A stretch of 62,991 nt of DNA, the filler included, from Asterionella formosa (Eukaryota), in NCBI GenBank assembly GCA_002256025.1. It is 15 parts of 15 records of this genome, joined end to end, with 100 filler letters (N's around TTAATTAATTAA, not from the genome) between each part and the next. Parts side by side here need not be neighbours in the genome. Positions count along the whole stretch, not along the records: positions 61,646 to 62,991 come from NKIB01002894.1; 14 more parts are not named here. One strand, given 5' to 3'. Position numbers and translations under genes: made by a program. This document shows positions 61,646 to 62,991 of the stretch, one piece after another; position 1 is the first letter of the stretch, and each line of letters opens with the position of its first letter. Below the pieces are notes generated by a model that did no database searches, was not told where the DNA came from, and worked only from the letters and a program-made list of their open reading frames with translations.

Positions 61646-62991
61646 CCAAGAAGTTCACTACAACATGTCACCAGGTGGCAGAGGACCTGAACCTCCACCA
61701 ACGGGTGGCGGGACAAAACCCACCAAGAGTGACAGGACAGGTACGTCGGGCGATTGAGACCCGAAGGAGGATTTTCCGGGAAACCCGGAGGGCGGAGTCG
61801 CGAGGAGCCCGTGAAGATGTAGCACGGCTTGGGGACATGTACAAGGCTGCCAAAGAGAGGGCGCGGAAGGTGATCCGCCTCTCGGGTAGGCGGGCATGGT
61901 ATAAGGCAATTAGGGAGGCTCACGTCAATATGCGCGAGAAACCTCGCCACTATTGGCGGTGGGCCTCAGCGCCTGCAGGATGGCGCCAGAAGAGCAGCAT
62001 CGCAGGTGTCCAACCGGTCCTTGGCCCGGACGGACGCCTGCTGACAGCTTTGACTGATATTCATCAGGCCTGGGGAGCGCACTATGCCTCTCTAGCAGCA
62101 GATGAAACCGGTCATAGCCAGGAGGCCCAATATTGGGAGAAATTTGACCCGCACCCACAGGCAAATGAGGGGATCCGTTCGCTGGACGAACCCTTCACAA
62201 CCTCCGATATTTGGACTGCCCTGAGGAAGATGAAGAGCCATCGTGCTCCGGGCGGTGACGGGATACCCACTGAACTGCTACAGGCATGTTTGGCGGAGGA
62301 ACGGGCCCTACTTTCCCACCTTCAAAACTATCGGGAAGAGGAGCCCGCCCCGCCACCATCCGCTCCAATGACGGACTCACTAGGAACCCTACTCAACTTT
62401 GCGTATGAGAGGGGACTGGTGGCCCAGTCGTGGGCTGAGTCACTGGTCGTCTCAATACCTAAGAAAGGGGACTTGGCTGATATGAACAACTATCGGGGGA
62501 TTTCGCTCATGGCCACTGTCCTCAAGGTGGTGGGTGTGATCCTTGGTACCAGGATAAATGTGGAAGCGGAATCTCGAGGGCTGTTTAGCCGAGCCCAGGC
62601 TGGCTTTCGCCAGAGAGAGGAATGTGTAACCCAGGTAGCCTGTGTCATGGAAATCATACAACGCCGGAGGATAGTGGGAGAGCCGACCTACGTGGTATTC
62701 GTAGACCTCAAGAAGGCATATGATACGGTGCCCCACGAGGCGCTCTTTGCGAAACTATCCAGGTTTGGGATCAGGGGACGTTGCCTTGCTTTTCTACGTG
62801 CCCTTTATCGCAGCAGTACAATCAGGGTACGAGTGGGGGGTGGCTTGACTGCCCTGTACTCGGACCCCTGCAGACTGTTGCGAGGTGTGCGGCAGGGTTG
62901 CCCTCTTTCGCCTATACTGTTCAACATCTTCATTGATGACTTGGCAGTGGGGACGGAGGAGAGCGGTGCCCTGGTACCAACTGGGGACAGT
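61646..62991 (+). mobile_element. Non-LTR retrotransposon ORF: linker + RT N-terminal half (open frame 61648-62991, absent from the ORF track)
   Basis: 448 open codons: APGGDGIP, SIPKKGDLADMNNYRGISL, QAGFRQ, FVDLKKAYDTVPH, GVRQGCPLSPILFNIFIDDL; visibly GC-richer than the flanking DNA. Confidence 0.93.

Overview
Eukaryotic nuclear DNA, most likely from a diatom (spliceosomal intron, class I HMG-CoA reductase, a PGRL1 fragment, diatom-style Ty1/Copia 'CoDi'-like proteins, TTAGGG repeats). It is not one locus: 15 contigs (two of ~22 kb, thirteen of ~1.35 kb) are joined by artificial 100-bp N44-TTAATTAATTAA-N44 linkers, so adjacency across linkers means nothing. Host genes: an intronless LRR + protein-kinase gene, a multi-IQ-motif protein, a poly-Pro/coiled-coil protein with one intron, the catalytic half of HMGR, a Thr/Pro-repeat secreted protein with a stop in its signal peptide, and a broken PGRL1 copy. 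Most of the rest is transposon-derived: decayed Copia elements, an intact GC-rich LINE RT split over two overlapping contigs, and relics of pogo-like, IS630/Tc1-like and Crypton-like (tyrosine recombinase) elements. Best leads: (1) a family of large TIR elements with CATCT termini, one apparently carrying a 2OG-Fe(II) dioxygenase-like gene; (2) a tRNA-Ala-derived SINE family with target-site duplications; (3) pervasive TA-anchored palindromic micro-insertions (TACCGGTA, TACCTGGTA, TAGCTA, TACTAGTA), shown by paralog comparison, that look like transposon excision footprints; (4) a Kolobok-like TTAA element whose empty site is visible in a paralog. All family assignments come from motif recognition by eye, with no database search.
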